A DNA stretch of 63,244 nucleotides, the filler included, from Rhabdomonas costata (taxonomy: Eukaryota), in the NCBI GenBank assembly GCA_019059605.1. It is 41 parts of 41 records of this genome, joined end to end, with 100 filler letters (N's around TTAATTAATTAA, not from the genome) between each part and the next. Parts side by side here need not be neighbours in the genome. Positions count along the whole stretch, not along the records: positions 44,807 to 46,251 come from JAHMHO010015773.1; positions 46,352 to 47,796 come from JAHMHO010015774.1; positions 47,897 to 49,341 come from JAHMHO010015775.1; positions 49,442 to 50,886 come from JAHMHO010015776.1; positions 50,987 to 52,431 come from JAHMHO010015777.1; positions 52,532 to 53,976 come from JAHMHO010015778.1; positions 54,077 to 55,520 come from JAHMHO010015779.1; positions 55,621 to 57,065 come from JAHMHO010015780.1; 33 more parts are not named here. The stretch is one strand, 5' to 3'. Every line of letters begins with the position of its first letter. Position 1 is the first letter of the stretch. The notes under the pieces were generated by a model. It worked only from the letters and a program-made list of their open reading frames with translations, did not search any database and was not told the DNA's origin. A program made the translations under genes and the position numbers. Of the stretch, positions 46,051 to 58,911 are shown piece after piece.

Positions 46051-49000
46051 TGGGTATCACGATGAACCCACTGCAACACTAAGGAAACCACGAGCTACAT
46101 CAGCAACGAACCCAGCACGCGAAGCAACACCAAACCCAGAGGAAGCCACGCAGAACCAGAGACCCACACACACGAAGACTCTATGCAAGGGGTTGGTGTG
46201 GGTGTGTTCCTGATCGTGTTCGATGTTCCAGGCTATTCGGCCCACAACCCCNNNNNNNNNNNNNNNNNNNNNNNNNNNNNNNNNNNNNNNNNNNNTTAAT
46301 TAATTAANNNNNNNNNNNNNNNNNNNNNNNNNNNNNNNNNNNNNNNNNNNNTTGTTGTGTGCTTGTATGCTCGACTTTTGGCATCCTGATCAGTGAGTGG
46401 GGTTGCATTTTACCGTCCTGTGGATAGGATGCTGGATGGTCTTTGTTTGTCGACTCTCCACGCTTATCCAGGTAAGTCTCACTCCGGGCCGATCGTTGAG
46501 GACTTGGTGAATCCAGACCCGGATGAGGTGTTTTTCAGTGTTCTTTTTCTAGTTTTTAAACCTCAGTTCTCTTGGCTGCAGTTCAGTCGTTCACATATAC
46601 CTCATACCGTTGCTTTCTGTTGCTTTCGGAGATAAATGAATACTGCTCTGGTTATCACGTGTTCGTCAAAGCGATAGAGCAAGACTTTTTTCCACCATTA
46701 CCAATTGGAATCTCTAGAGAGCAAAGCTGAAGGGCAGGCCCGGGTCTTTTCTTTCTACAGTGGCTTCCCGAAACGCTGCGTAGCCGGTTCTTTCACCCTA
46801 AGGCAAGAGAACAATGTACCAAGCGCGGGGTTGGGGCTACCTTCAAGACAAAGTCCTGATAGAAAGTTAAGTAAAGTTCACCACAGCGCAGACGAAGTTC
46901 CAGTTTGCTTGCTTCCCGCATTCTCCGTTGCCGTTTTTGGAGGCCGATGAAAGAAAGGGAGTTGCGAAGTACTGCGCTGCACAGGAGGAGCGCTCAGTCG
47001 AAACAGGCCTATGTGTCCTAAGAAAAACCGTCCACGCGTCTGCTCAGTTGGAAGGCAAGGATTCAGGCCTGCAAAAGGCACAAACAGCGGTCCTATTATC
47101 CCGTTAACGGCATAAAAGGCCTCGAAAACGCTCAAATTCATAAAGGGGTAGAAAGCGACCCGTAAAACACAACTCACCTATGCAAGCGGCTACAATGTTT
47201 GGGTCCGGGGTAAAATCTGTGAAGATTCGTGCGCAGGTGCGAAGTCTTCAGGTGGGGCAACAGACTGAGAGTTTTGGAAGACCCTAAAGCGTGATTAAAA
47301 CAATTCATTGCTATTCACCACCACCAGTAATTTCACAGAACTTCATGCACGTGTGTTCAGGATGTTTCGACTGTGTGTGTTGCCTGGTTTCCTTGAAAAC
47401 CTTGCAAACCGGAACAGGCGGGTTGTCTGGGATCCCACAGGACTTGGTCGGAGACATCCTTAGTGTTGTCCGCAAGGGGGTATTGACTCCCAGCGTCCTT
47501 GCGGTGTCCCCCCGAGTGAGCTACTCTCCCAAGGAGAACATTCTTCCTGGGTGGGCGGTGGAGCTGGCTCGGCTGTTCAACCCCTTTTAGAGCGCCCTCC
47601 ACCTCCATAAGTCACGAACCCACTTTCCGTGTCGTTGCTGTATCTGTCTGGGGGTTTTAGGGAAAAGGGTGGGCGAGCATTGGCGGTTACCGACCGACCG
47701 AGGCTTTTGGCTTTGGTCTCTCTACTGAGGGGTCGCCATCCCCACCAAAAGGGATTTCGGCACCTCGTGCCCTGCATCCGCCTTCCCACCCCACACNNNN
47801 NNNNNNNNNNNNNNNNNNNNNNNNNNNNNNNNNNNNNNNNTTAATTAATTAANNNNNNNNNNNNNNNNNNNNNNNNNNNNNNNNNNNNNNNNNNNNCTTC
47901 TGCGTGTGTGTTATATGGCACTGGTCTTCTCACAGGTGAGAGCCACAGCAGAAACAATCTGACGAAAGGGCAAGAAATGGAAGGATTTGCTTAAGAATGG
48001 TTGAAACAGCTTCGCAAACCCTTCTCTGCTGCATTCGAACAGGAAATGCGTCTTGCCATTTGTTCTCGACAGTGCGCTGTGGGGGTTCAACATTGCACAG
48101 GTAACAACCAAGACAATTCGAAGGCAGCAAGGCAACACATTGCACAACATTTTTTTCTTAGAAAATATCACCTTCAAGGAAAAAACGCCTCCTGCGGATT
48201 ACATCCGCTCAGCCAGGCCGAGGCGTGCGGCTGGGCCTGACAGAGCCTGCGGAACTGCTCGCGGGGCCCCAGGGGGTCCCATAGAGAAATGCTGATATAC
48301 CCAAAGCATGTGACCTATATATTGCACATGCCAATAGTTCGCAAACATCCTGCGTCCAGCACAAACAACCTCATCAAGGTGGGGGTCTCTTTGGGCGGGT
48401 TTGGAATCTTTGACCTGCGCCAGTGGCTGGAACCCTCGGACCCACACACCCCTTACCGCTACTCACCCACTTCGTTCCGCTTGTTTCGTCCCCTGACGTT
48501 TTGAACGATCCTCCACCAAAGCCACTTTTCTCACATTCCTGTCCTGTTTCAGTCTTGTACTTACATGTATTTTGTGCTTTAGAGTCCTTAATTTCTTTTG
48601 TGTTTAGTTTTCCTCTGCAGATCTCTCTCGCGTTCCTGCATGTAAATTGTTTCTGTTTGGTTTTGGTGGTGCGCGCTGGTCTCTTCTTCAACTCGTGTTC
48701 CTGTGCCGCAGTTGCGTGAGGTCAATGGAAAAATTGCGCGCGAATAATGATCTCAAACGTGCATCTACCCAGTGTTAGCGGTTACCCCTGTCCCACGCCC
48801 CTCTTCCCTCTCGACGCACAGTCCCACTTTCATTCTCGTGCTTTGTGGTGCACTACAGTACACCTATGACTGAAGCCTCTGACCAGGCTCAACAGACCCG
48901 GGTGGTCTCGGCAGCCGGCTCCGCACCTGCGGAATGGGCCAAGAACTGTTCCAGAGAATTGTGGAGCTCCGGAACAAGGTCGCCGAGCTCCGCCTGGGCC

Positions 49001-50192
49001 CCTCGACTTCACCCAACGTGCCCGCGTACCCTGCCCAGCCGTCGACCGAAGCCCTGACCCTGTTGGAGCACGAATCCTGCCGACGCTTTTTCCAGACCAT
49101 GCCTCATTCCACAGTTCTCGTCTCCTACATGCAAACCGTTTTATACCTTCTTTCATCACTCATTCGCAACCTCGCCGTCCGTTCCCGCGCTCTGGCATCG
49201 TGATCTTCTGGTCCCTCCCCATCTCAGTGTTGCGCCGTGCATGGGTCTCAGTGGGAGGTGGGCTGCACGGCTGGGCCCCCTCACAAGGAGGAGTTTTGGA
49301 CGGGGGGAACTGTCGGGCAAGCCCACCTCCCACCAACACCCNNNNNNNNNNNNNNNNNNNNNNNNNNNNNNNNNNNNNNNNNNNNTTAATTAATTAANNN
49401 NNNNNNNNNNNNNNNNNNNNNNNNNNNNNNNNNNNNNNNNNGTGGTATTCACTACGTTGGGCTCGCCCGAGTTCTGTAACCGCTTTCGAACCGTTCCTCA
49501 ACCCACAGGTGTGGCCCCGAGACCAAATACCATCTTCATCAAACCTGCCATTGGGAGTGAAACAGGCCACTTCTTCTCTATTCGCTTTCGGTTTCCACCA
49601 TGCTGCGCTCTCCTTCAGTGATTTACTCTGTGCAAAATCTAAAGCCATGGAATACAGATCACTTTTTGGAAATTGGGTGCTACGGCCATGCCCCCCCATC
49701 CTCGTTGCACTGCGAATATTTTGTTTATTGGCGAGGGTGTCGTGCCTATAAATAGGACTCGTCAATGCCACCCTCTCCGCGGGTCTTTTTGCAGGGGTGG
49801 TCTCCTTTGAGGGGATGCTCTTCTTGTGGGGATGGGTCTTCCTGGTCGCCACGGCGGGGGTTGCGTTTCTAAAGCCGGAGGGGCCCCCGCCCGGAACCTC
49901 GGGCAGCGCAGTGCGCGAGGAGCTCTCTCTTCGGGACTCTTTTTGGAAAATGTGTGAAGAAGGCAGGAAAGGAGCGCACACGGAAGCACGCACACACACA
50001 CACACTCCAAAGTTAGTGGCTACAAAAGCTCACAGGAAAGCCACTCAGGACAGTCGACTTTCGGGACATGTACACCAATATCCCGCATGCGGAGCTACTG
50101 AGGAGATTCGAAGAGGCCCTCGGGGAGGCGTGTGACTTCGAAGCCGAAGAAAGAAGAGTGAACGGAGAATAACTCGAAGTGACGCGCTAGGG

Positions 50193-50886
50193 ATGGATAG
50201 TCGGGGGAAGCGAAGACGCGACTACCTCATGCCAATAAAGAAAGTGGTGCAAATCCTCCGCTGGGTCCTGGGGCGTTGCTACATTGTTAACCATCAGGAG
50301 GCAAATCAATGGAATCCCAATGGGGATCTCACCCTCGCCACAGCTGGCAAACATCTTCTGTTACGTGGCCTTCGTGGAACAAACGCACCTCCAGACGAAC
50401 AAATTGTAGATTTCTTGACGACCTGTTTGCCCCCGAACCGATTCCCTCAGAAGACCAGTATTCATGCGCTACACAACAACCGGAGAAGGAGCAAGCGTCA
50501 CCTATATCGGGATCCAGGTATACGAGCAAGATGGGAAAGTGCGTACAGCGCTCTACCACCGAGAATGGGAGTACCCGTTTCATATCCGGAGGTATCCAGC
50601 GAAGCAGTCAGTGGTATCCCCCGCACAGTGAAGGGGTGCTCATGGGGCGTTTTGTGGCAGCACAGTAATTGTGCTTAACGCTGTCAGACTTCAAGCAAGC
50701 AGTCTTTTGTACCTTGCAGCGAGCGGCTGAGAGAGAGGCTATACAGGTAAAGAAATCAGAAAGACGTGGAGGCAGTTCCTTTACAGGAAATGGAAGACCG
50801 CGGAACTCAGAGCAGCACTGCTCAGAGAAGCACAAGAAAGCCGCATAGGCGTGATGGACCAATGGCGGAGTAGCTGGAACAACCCC
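50193..50886 (+). mobile_element. Decayed Penelope-like element (PLE) reverse transcriptase
   Basis: Across shifting frames: QINGIPMGISPSPQLANIF (from 50302), CRFLDDLF (~50405), VTYIGIQV...GKVRTALYHRE...FHIRRYP, GVLMGRF...DFKQAV...ERGY. Confidence 0.85.
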
Positions 50887-51004
50887 NNNNNNNNNNNNNN
50901 NNNNNNNNNNNNNNNNNNNNNNNNNNNNNNTTAATTAATTAANNNNNNNNNNNNNNNNNNNNNNNNNNNNNNNNNNNNNNNNNNNNTTGTTTTCTCGATC
51001 AGCA

Positions 51005-51850
51005 ATGACTCACTTTTGCTTTCTTTGGTTGGTGGCCACTTTCGTCGAGGTAACATGGGCGACGGCATGCTTCCCTGTTGAGAAGCTTCTTTCGCCATCG
51101 TGCGCGCCCGTGGACAACACAGAGGCGTTCTACTTTCACCGTTTCATGAATGGCTGCAGTGGACTTCCCTACTCCCAGGACGTCCTACCACCCTGCTTTC
51201 TGCGGGCGGCTTCGCAAGTCATGCCTTTGGACCGCCAATCCATCATCGTAGGCTTTGCTTCGGCCGACGGTGGCATTTGGGACCCTTTGTTCTTCCTGTA
51301 CAGAGCAATGGGCTATGGTGGCCTCCTGGTGGACGCGATACCAAGGAAGATGCACCATTTTTACAATCAGTACCCGCGCCGCCCCAACTTGAGCATGCAT
51401 CTTGAGACCAGGGCGAACCCACGGACTCTTCCGCAGATGGCACTCGAGGCCAGGATCCCACCCACTCTAGACATTATTAAAATCGACGTGGACTCAATCG
51501 ACTGTGACCTTGTAGAAGGGCTGCTTGCGTCGGGGTTCCGGCCTAAGATGTGGTGGCTGGAGTACGTCACCATCGTGGGCACAGACATCAGCTATGCGAT
51601 GCACTCGATGCACCCCGGCCTGGTGAACCTGGAGCTTCGGGGGTGCTCCTTAGCTTACATGGCAGAGCTTCTTATGCCTTTGCGCTACAAACTGGTGTAC
51701 ATCAGCATCTGGGACTCGCTATGGGTGTCGGAACGCCTCTCGGAGCTTTTTTGCCGACCAGAAAGAACCCCACAGGAGCTCTTTGAGAAGGGCTTTCTGC
51801 ACCGGAACTTCACCTCGTGCTTTAAGGGCGTTCCGGGTTTGGAACCCTAA
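51005..51850 (+). CDS. Intronless FkbM-like SAM-dependent methyltransferase with N-terminal signal peptide
   Basis: Hydrophobic N-terminus; VGFASADG..DPL, GLLVDA, LDIIKIDVDSIDC, GFRPK...EY, GCSL, Y.LV motifs. Confidence 0.8.
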   Translation: MTHFCFLWLVATFVEVTWATACFPVEKLLSPSCAPVDNTEAFYFHRFMNGCSGLPYSQDVLPPCFLRAASQVMPLDRQSIIVGFASADGGIWDPLFFLYRAMGYGGLLVDAIPRKMHHFYNQYPRRPNLSMHLETRANPRTLPQMALEARIPPTLDIIKIDVDSIDCDLVEGLLASGFRPKMWWLEYVTIVGTDISYAMHSMHPGLVNLELRGCSLAYMAELLMPLRYKLVYISIWDSLWVSERLSELFCRPERTPQELFEKGFLHRNFTSCFKGVPGLEP

Positions 51851-53417
51851 GCTGGCATTCAGCCTGATATTGTCAACTCCTGTGCACCGCCGAATCGCTC
51901 GGTTGCGGGCGAAAATTGCTGCGCGAAAGGTTCCTGCCAGCAGCTATACTCTGAGGCCATTCGAGTTCCAACTTTGAGGAAGGATCGCTTCATATTTTTT
52001 GTTTGTATTTGCATGGGAACTGCTTACTCTGTCATCCGGCTTCGTGATATGTTCTCTGTACTGTAAGCAGGAAATGAATGAGTGTTTTTGCGACGAGATG
52101 AATGAGTGTATTTGCGGCGCTGGACCAAGTTGTGATGGTAAATCTATGAGCCTGTTTATGGCAAGAAGGGTGGACGCAACAGAATACCCCCCAAGCCTCT
52201 TTTAAATGGAATAGTTGCCCCTGTGCAGTGCACCAATGAGCATAGAAAATGCCCCAAACTCGCATTCGTCAACACGTTGCTATAAGCCAGAGTGTGAATC
52301 TCTCTACTCAGATTGTTCTCTGTTCGATTCACTCCTGTTCTTTTGGGTTTTCGGCTGCTTCTCACTCGTGTTTGGCCAAACCCGAAATCCCCCCCTCCCC
52401 CGCATTAGCCTAGCGCTATGACCACACCACCNNNNNNNNNNNNNNNNNNNNNNNNNNNNNNNNNNNNNNNNNNNNTTAATTAATTAANNNNNNNNNNNNN
52501 NNNNNNNNNNNNNNNNNNNNNNNNNNNNNNNGGTTTTTGTTTCTCTTGGGGCTTCCTGGCGATGATTCGATCAATCGGTGTGTTGGGGTGAAGGCGGAGG
52601 GGTAGGGCCGCCCGTCGATGTTCACAAGAAGGGGCGCAGATCACGCTCCTATCTGTGCTGTATATACAAGCAACGTCCTTGCTTTTTTTTTCTGGATTTT
52701 TCGTTGGGGCACTCTTTTATTTGCTCAGTTTGCTTTGCGATTTTTTTCTTTGCTGTGCGTTTGTTTTCTGCTAGCTTTCCTGCTTCCATTGGCCTTCTTC
52801 CAGGAAGACACTTCTGCTTTGCCGTGACAGTTGAGAGCACGCTGAAACTTCGAGAGAGGGAGAGGGAGCGAGAGAGGAGAGGCAGATTTCACGTAATACG
52901 CGCGTTCTGTACAGATTGGTGTACTTTATGGGGAATCCGCTTCGTTGACTTTGAAACAATTTCCGTTGCTGTATTGTGGCCGGCTTCCTAGGAACAGGCG
53001 CCCGATAATGTTCGAGGATCGGTTTGGGCATGCCACTAGTATTGCTGGGGAGGCGGGTTAGGCTCGGTTTTCCACCTGTGTGGTTGATTGATGACAGCTG
53101 GGTTTAATCGAGACTTTGAGTCATCTGCAGACCTTAATGAAGTTTCTTCGGATCCGGAATGGTCAAGCAGATATACATTTGACAAGCAGACATACATTTG
53201 GTGAAACGCAAAAAGTGCATTCAGTATATGCTTTGGCGTGTTTCCGACCATTCATCTAATGCACTTATCTGGTTCAGTGTCTGTCTCCCAGAAGACACTT
53301 GGGCAAATTTGCCCAGTTTTGCTTTCTTTCCCCGAAGTTTTTCGGAAGTGGCGGGTTCCTGTCTTGCGTTGTGTGGGTCTTGTGTTATCTCCGCGTTTTT
53401 GTTGGTTCTGTTTAATA

Positions 53418-53866
53418 ATGGACGGGCAAGTGCCCCCGTTGCGGGTGCAACGGCGTTTTCTTCACCTCAGTTTGGGGGCAGCTTTTGCCTCCGCCCTAGT
53501 TTTGGCGAGTGTTGTTGCTGTGATGGCATATGCGCGATCCTCCCCCTCATCCTCTGGTGAACCGGAGTGTGAAGGGATCTCGAATGTGTCCTACGGTGTG
53601 ATGTCCTCAGCCTCACCTTCCGTTGACATCCTGGTCCGCTCCTTCTACAAGGAAGAAAGGCGGATGCGACTGTGGTTACTGCCCACCCTTCAGGCGTTCG
53701 TGGACACGGAAAAGTACAACTTCACGTTGGTTTTGGACGAGGAGTCGCGAAAGGACCACCTGCTGGAAGCGAATCTCCAGCCCCTGGGCGGCATCCGCTT
53801 TGCGTACGAGCCACTGCCCAAAGCGGATCTCTTTCACAGCTCAGGCAATCCGTATGGCGAGCAGGG
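53418..53866 (+). CDS. Type II membrane protein, putative GT-A-fold glycosyltransferase-like; first exon
   Basis: ATG at 53418, one TM helix, Ser-rich stem, VDILVRS...LVLDEES.KD...RFAYEPLP; GT donor at 53867. Confidence 0.6.
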
Positions 53867-53887
53867 GTGTGACTGACCCCCCATCAC

Positions 53888-53975
53888 TGTTTTGTTATAT
53901 TTTAGCTCCCCTTACCTTAACTTTGCAGCTTATGGGGCTGAGTTAAGGTAAGGGGAGCTAAAATATAACAAAACA
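53888..53975. repeat. Perfect inverted repeat (35-bp arms, 18-nt loop) at a contig end
   Basis: 53888-53922 versus 53941-53975. Confidence 0.93.
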
Positions 53976-56132
53976 CNNNNNNNNNNNNNNNNNNNNNNNN
54001 NNNNNNNNNNNNNNNNNNNNTTAATTAATTAANNNNNNNNNNNNNNNNNNNNNNNNNNNNNNNNNNNNNNNNNNNNGTGGTTGGGTACAATAGCGCACTC
54101 ATGCCATTTAAATATACGTTTGTGTATATTTGTACATGTGTGTGCCGGAGGAGAGAAAAGCAAGGCTGAAGTTGCGCACGGGGAAAACCTCACCGCAGAC
54201 AGCTGCACAAAATCCTGTTTCAAGGAGTGGTTTTTGACTGGGGATCACTGGGGAGCACTCCCTCCAAACCCTACTGGAACCTCGCCAACCTCTCCTTGGT
54301 TTTGAAACTCGTTGACTCTTTTTCCCTTTCCTTGTCACATCTAAACTGGGTGACCTACCTTGCATTCTCCAGAGGATCCTTCTCCAAATAGTTCCAGGGA
54401 GCTGAAAGGTATCACGGAAACGGTAGCCACGATGGCCAAACCCTCGAAGTCACACACCAACTCTTTCAAAGTCTCGCTCTAAGACAGGGAACGTAAACAA
54501 AGCGAAAGCACAGACAACAGTAACCAGTGCGTGAATCCAGTGCACGGAATGCTAATGCGGAAGATGTACACGGAATACGGAACTAGCTGCTGCCGAAAGA
54601 GGCTTTCGAAAGAGGAAACTTACGTGCTGCACTAAACCCCAAACTTAGCACCGGTTGGACACGTGGATAGGCCCCGTAACGTATAACCAGTGGCTTACAA
54701 GAACCACAGAAGGAAAGAACACTGATACCCGCAGAGAAATCTTGCACTGCACTGGATACTGGTCGAAAGGCAAGCTCCACGGCACGCTGGACGGTTTGGT
54801 GCGCAGTTCGCACTGGCTGACCTTTCCAGCTTCATTCAGTCTGAAGCGCAGTTCAGAAGATGAACGAAAGTTTGGTCTGTCCCTTCCTCTCTCGCTTGTT
54901 AAACACACACCTGGTCAACATTTTCGCCCAATCATCATTCATTCATTAAGATGAAGATGCAAACGACCCAATTTTCATGTTGTTCCTGAGTTGTCCCGAA
55001 AATTTTTCTGCAGCGTTAAGTCACAGGGTGTCGTTCGAAACGCTGACCGAAAAATTCATTCCGCAGATGGGAACAGATCGCAGCTAACATTGTGTGCGTC
55101 ACGCCTCTTTCGTTTTTTTGCTTCGGAATTCTCACTTGAGGATGGGAGGTGCCTGGCGTTCGCAGAGAACCACATACATGAGAGTCAAGGAGTTGTCAGC
55201 ACCGGGGTAGCGAAGTTGAATTGAAAGTGAAGGTATGGATGCTCCATACAGAGCCAAGATGTCGAGAATGTGCGACAGATTGACGCCGAATCCGATGGGC
55301 CACAACACAACAAAGCAGTCAATCGTCACTGCACCAAACCTCATTGAAGAATGAAGAATGAGCAAGTGCGGAAAACAAACCGAAGTGGGCGGAAGATATT
55401 CCACGAAACCCTCAGCGGCCAACATAACGACAGCCTGTGAGCACATTTTACCGGAACACCATTTGTCGGCCCCGCCTCCGTCTTGATATATATGGAGTCG
55501 CTAAGTTTCAACACACAAAANNNNNNNNNNNNNNNNNNNNNNNNNNNNNNNNNNNNNNNNNNNNTTAATTAATTAANNNNNNNNNNNNNNNNNNNNNNNN
55601 NNNNNNNNNNNNNNNNNNNNTGTGGTGGGTGTGGTTGGTGGTGGGTGTTTTTTCTAAAACGAATTTAGCCCCCCCTCCTCCGTTGTTCAATTAATGTTTT
55701 TACTTCGGAGTTTTTTTTTCACGTCAACAAAATGGTTTGCCCGAGCAAACCTGTGCTTTGTCATCTTGACGAACTCTATATGCAACGAATTTCCCCGATC
55801 TTTTTGGTGGAAATAACAGTGTCACGAACAACGGCAAACCCGCACAGCATGCCAGTTCACAGCAGCAGGCTGCATCGTCGCCCCTGCCATAAATAACCAC
55901 ACAACTGTCTCCCCTTTTTTTTTTACAAGAACTCTGAAACAATTGCAACAATGCCGTCCAGTATATACTCCAACACACCAAAGCAATAAGCATGTCATGA
56001 ATCCGTTTGTAAAAGTTTGTCGTGCTTTTAAAAGTGATGATCATGAAATGAAGCACGGCACGCACTGCGTCACCACAGTTCAGCGGACGTACATCCGCAT
56101 AGCAACCAGCAAACAAGAAGCAACAAAAGGCC

Positions 56133-56501
56133 GCGATTGGTTAAGTTTGTCAAAAGGCCATAAAATTACCAAAATGCCTTTATAAGGTGCTATAAAATTT
56201 TTATAGCGGTGTTGCAAAATTTTCGGAAATTTTTTGGCGGTGAGTTTTTCGGCGAAGCTGTGAACTGTTGGGTCAAGTTAAATCTTGCTTGTCCGGGATG
56301 CCTTGGGCCGCGGAGACCGTTATGAAATTTTCGATTTTTAAAATTTTTATTTGCTTAGCACCGCCATAAAAAAAATTGCATTTTGGGAATTTTACAGTAA
56401 CGCAGAAATTTTTTCATAGCGTTACTATAAAAATGTGGGGCTATAAATTTTCTAGGGTGTTGCAATAAAAGGGGGGCCATTTAACAAACTTATCCGATCA
56501 C
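56133..56501. mobile_element. Candidate AT-rich MITE with 27-bp imperfect TIRs
   Basis: GCGATTGGTTAAGTTTGTCAAAAGGCC (56133-56159) matches the reverse complement of 56475-56501 at 22/27; internal GCTATAAA.TTTT..AG.GGTGTTGCAA motif occurs twice. Confidence 0.6.
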
Positions 56502-58911
56502 TATGAACGGTGAAATTTTTTTAGCATCACCACAAAATTGTTTAAAGGAAAGTTATATATCACCAACATAAAGGGGGGGGGGCCTGCTAACAAACCAAGC
56601 CCGGCCGCGGTGGTGAAGGGCATACATCTCGCGCGGCGCGCAAAACGGTCTCCAAAGCAGCGCAAGAAGTATGTGGTCGGCAGAGGGGAACGCGAAGCAC
56701 AGATCACACTGAGTGACACAGAAAGAAAAACGCTGTGAAGGGGCAGGAAGGCTGGATACGCATAAACGGAGCCCGGATTGAACGAAAGCTTTTACAAAGA
56801 GTAGGCATCGCTTGACCTCCTTTCAAGGAAAGGACAACACACAGACAGAACAAACCGCCGGAGGACTGTGAGAGCAAGCTGCACTTGGAGGCCATGCGCG
56901 AGGCAGACAGAGCTGGTTAATGCGGCGGAGAAGGCGAACACGTGCCCTCACACGTCCTGAGGCTTTTCCTGTTCGCACCGTATGGTATGCCGCCGAGTTG
57001 TCACCCACAACACAAACGTGGGAAAGACCTGAGAGAGCCGCCTGACGCAAACAGCAGAAAACGTTNNNNNNNNNNNNNNNNNNNNNNNNNNNNNNNNNNN
57101 NNNNNNNNNTTAATTAATTAANNNNNNNNNNNNNNNNNNNNNNNNNNNNNNNNNNNNNNNNNNNNAACCCATAGAAGCGAACATAGAATGCCAAACTACC
57201 ACCTTCCAATTATTCCAATTGATGGTGAGGACGTCCTAAGACCACCTCTCATGCATCTCACATACCCCTCCCAAGTGAATCCGAAGTGACGCAAGGTGAT
57301 GGGGGGTGCAGAAGTGATGGGCATGATACGACCTGATTCCCACTCATACACGATGCGCATTCGTGGGGCCTTGAAGAAGGCCTCCGGCCACGCTCTCGCT
57401 ACGCTCCCTCCATTGCGTTCCGGTCGCCCAGATTGTAATGTGGTAGTTCGTCATTCCACCGCTACGCGCTTCCACTCCTCACTGTAAGAAGAAGGGTCGT
57501 TTTGTCATATCGTGCCTCGATGCCACTCCTCCAACTAAGAGGATGGAAGCATAGTCGCATGTCCTACGCGTTGCTCCGGCCATGCTCCATTTCTTCCAGG
57601 CAACCAGCCATTTTCGTTGATCGAAAGATGTCCCCATCCGCGCTTTTACGGACACGTTCGAAAACCAGGAATATGCACAGTTGTTCTTTTGCCTCCGTTG
57701 TCTAAGTGCTTTTTGGTGCCGTCTGCCGCCGGCCCAAGCAATCCATTACAAGACCACGGCATACGCAAAGGATGGGGTTTTGAGTAGCGGTCCTCCTAAT
57801 GTCAGAAACCGACTTTCTACTCTCGGCCAAGGATCACTCCTTGCCCTGAAAAACATACTACCACAACACAAATTTTCTCCCACATTTCCCCCCAACTAAA
57901 TTCTCTTGTTGGCCAAATGACCGTTCTTGCCATTCCCCCTTGACCATTACTGTATTTTTTCTGAACAACACCAGTTTCCTTGGGTACTGCTTTTTCCCAG
58001 CGGACCATTTGTTCACTTGACACTACCGGCTTGTTTTAAAATTTGCTACCGCATTAGATCAAAACTAAAGGAATCTAATTGTAAACCCTCTTTTGCTAGA
58101 CCAAAACTCCCAATCCCACAAACTACCAGATTTGACCCAAAAACATAGGCCAATTAATTGATGTAAATATTACCCATTCTTTTCATGCACATTTGCTTTC
58201 CTTTTTCAAGCTTTTACACACGTTTATTCCTTCTATCAATTCCAGCATTTTTTAAATCCAAACAACCGCGGTTACAATGTGTGCTTGTTTTGGTTCCTTC
58301 TATCGGTATTGTTTTTGGATTGTGAATGGAAGTAGAGGAAGTTTCAACCAAATTTCTACCGAATCAGCAAATTAATTTGTAAAGTAGAGTAAGTATCAAT
58401 AAACCGGGCCCTGAGCCCGGCACTAGGTTCGGGAGACCGAGCTCTCTCACGTTGGCTCCAGGTTCTCATTGAAGTCTGTGACAGAGCATTTGACATGCCT
58501 CCAACATAACGCGTCTTGTAGTGGTTCATCGTTGGCTTTGAAAAACACACACACAAAGCTGACTTTATCCCGATGGATTCCGCTCTTATGCACAGCTGTC
58601 TTTAGCCGAANNNNNNNNNNNNNNNNNNNNNNNNNNNNNNNNNNNNNNNNNNNNTTAATTAATTAANNNNNNNNNNNNNNNNNNNNNNNNNNNNNNNNNN
58701 NNNNNNNNNNTGTTGGTGTGGACTGCCCTTCGTTCCAAAAACGTGAGCTGAAGGGGTAGAGGGCATGGCCAGCGCATCTTAGCTTCCGCTCTGCCCGCGA
58801 GCAGTGCGTTTCCATTCGAATTTCCAGGGTGATTCCGAGGTCTCATTTGCGTGCCGGCTGCTGGACCCCGGCGTGGCTGGTGAGAGTGACTCCCCTGTCG
58901 AGCCCCTCGAG

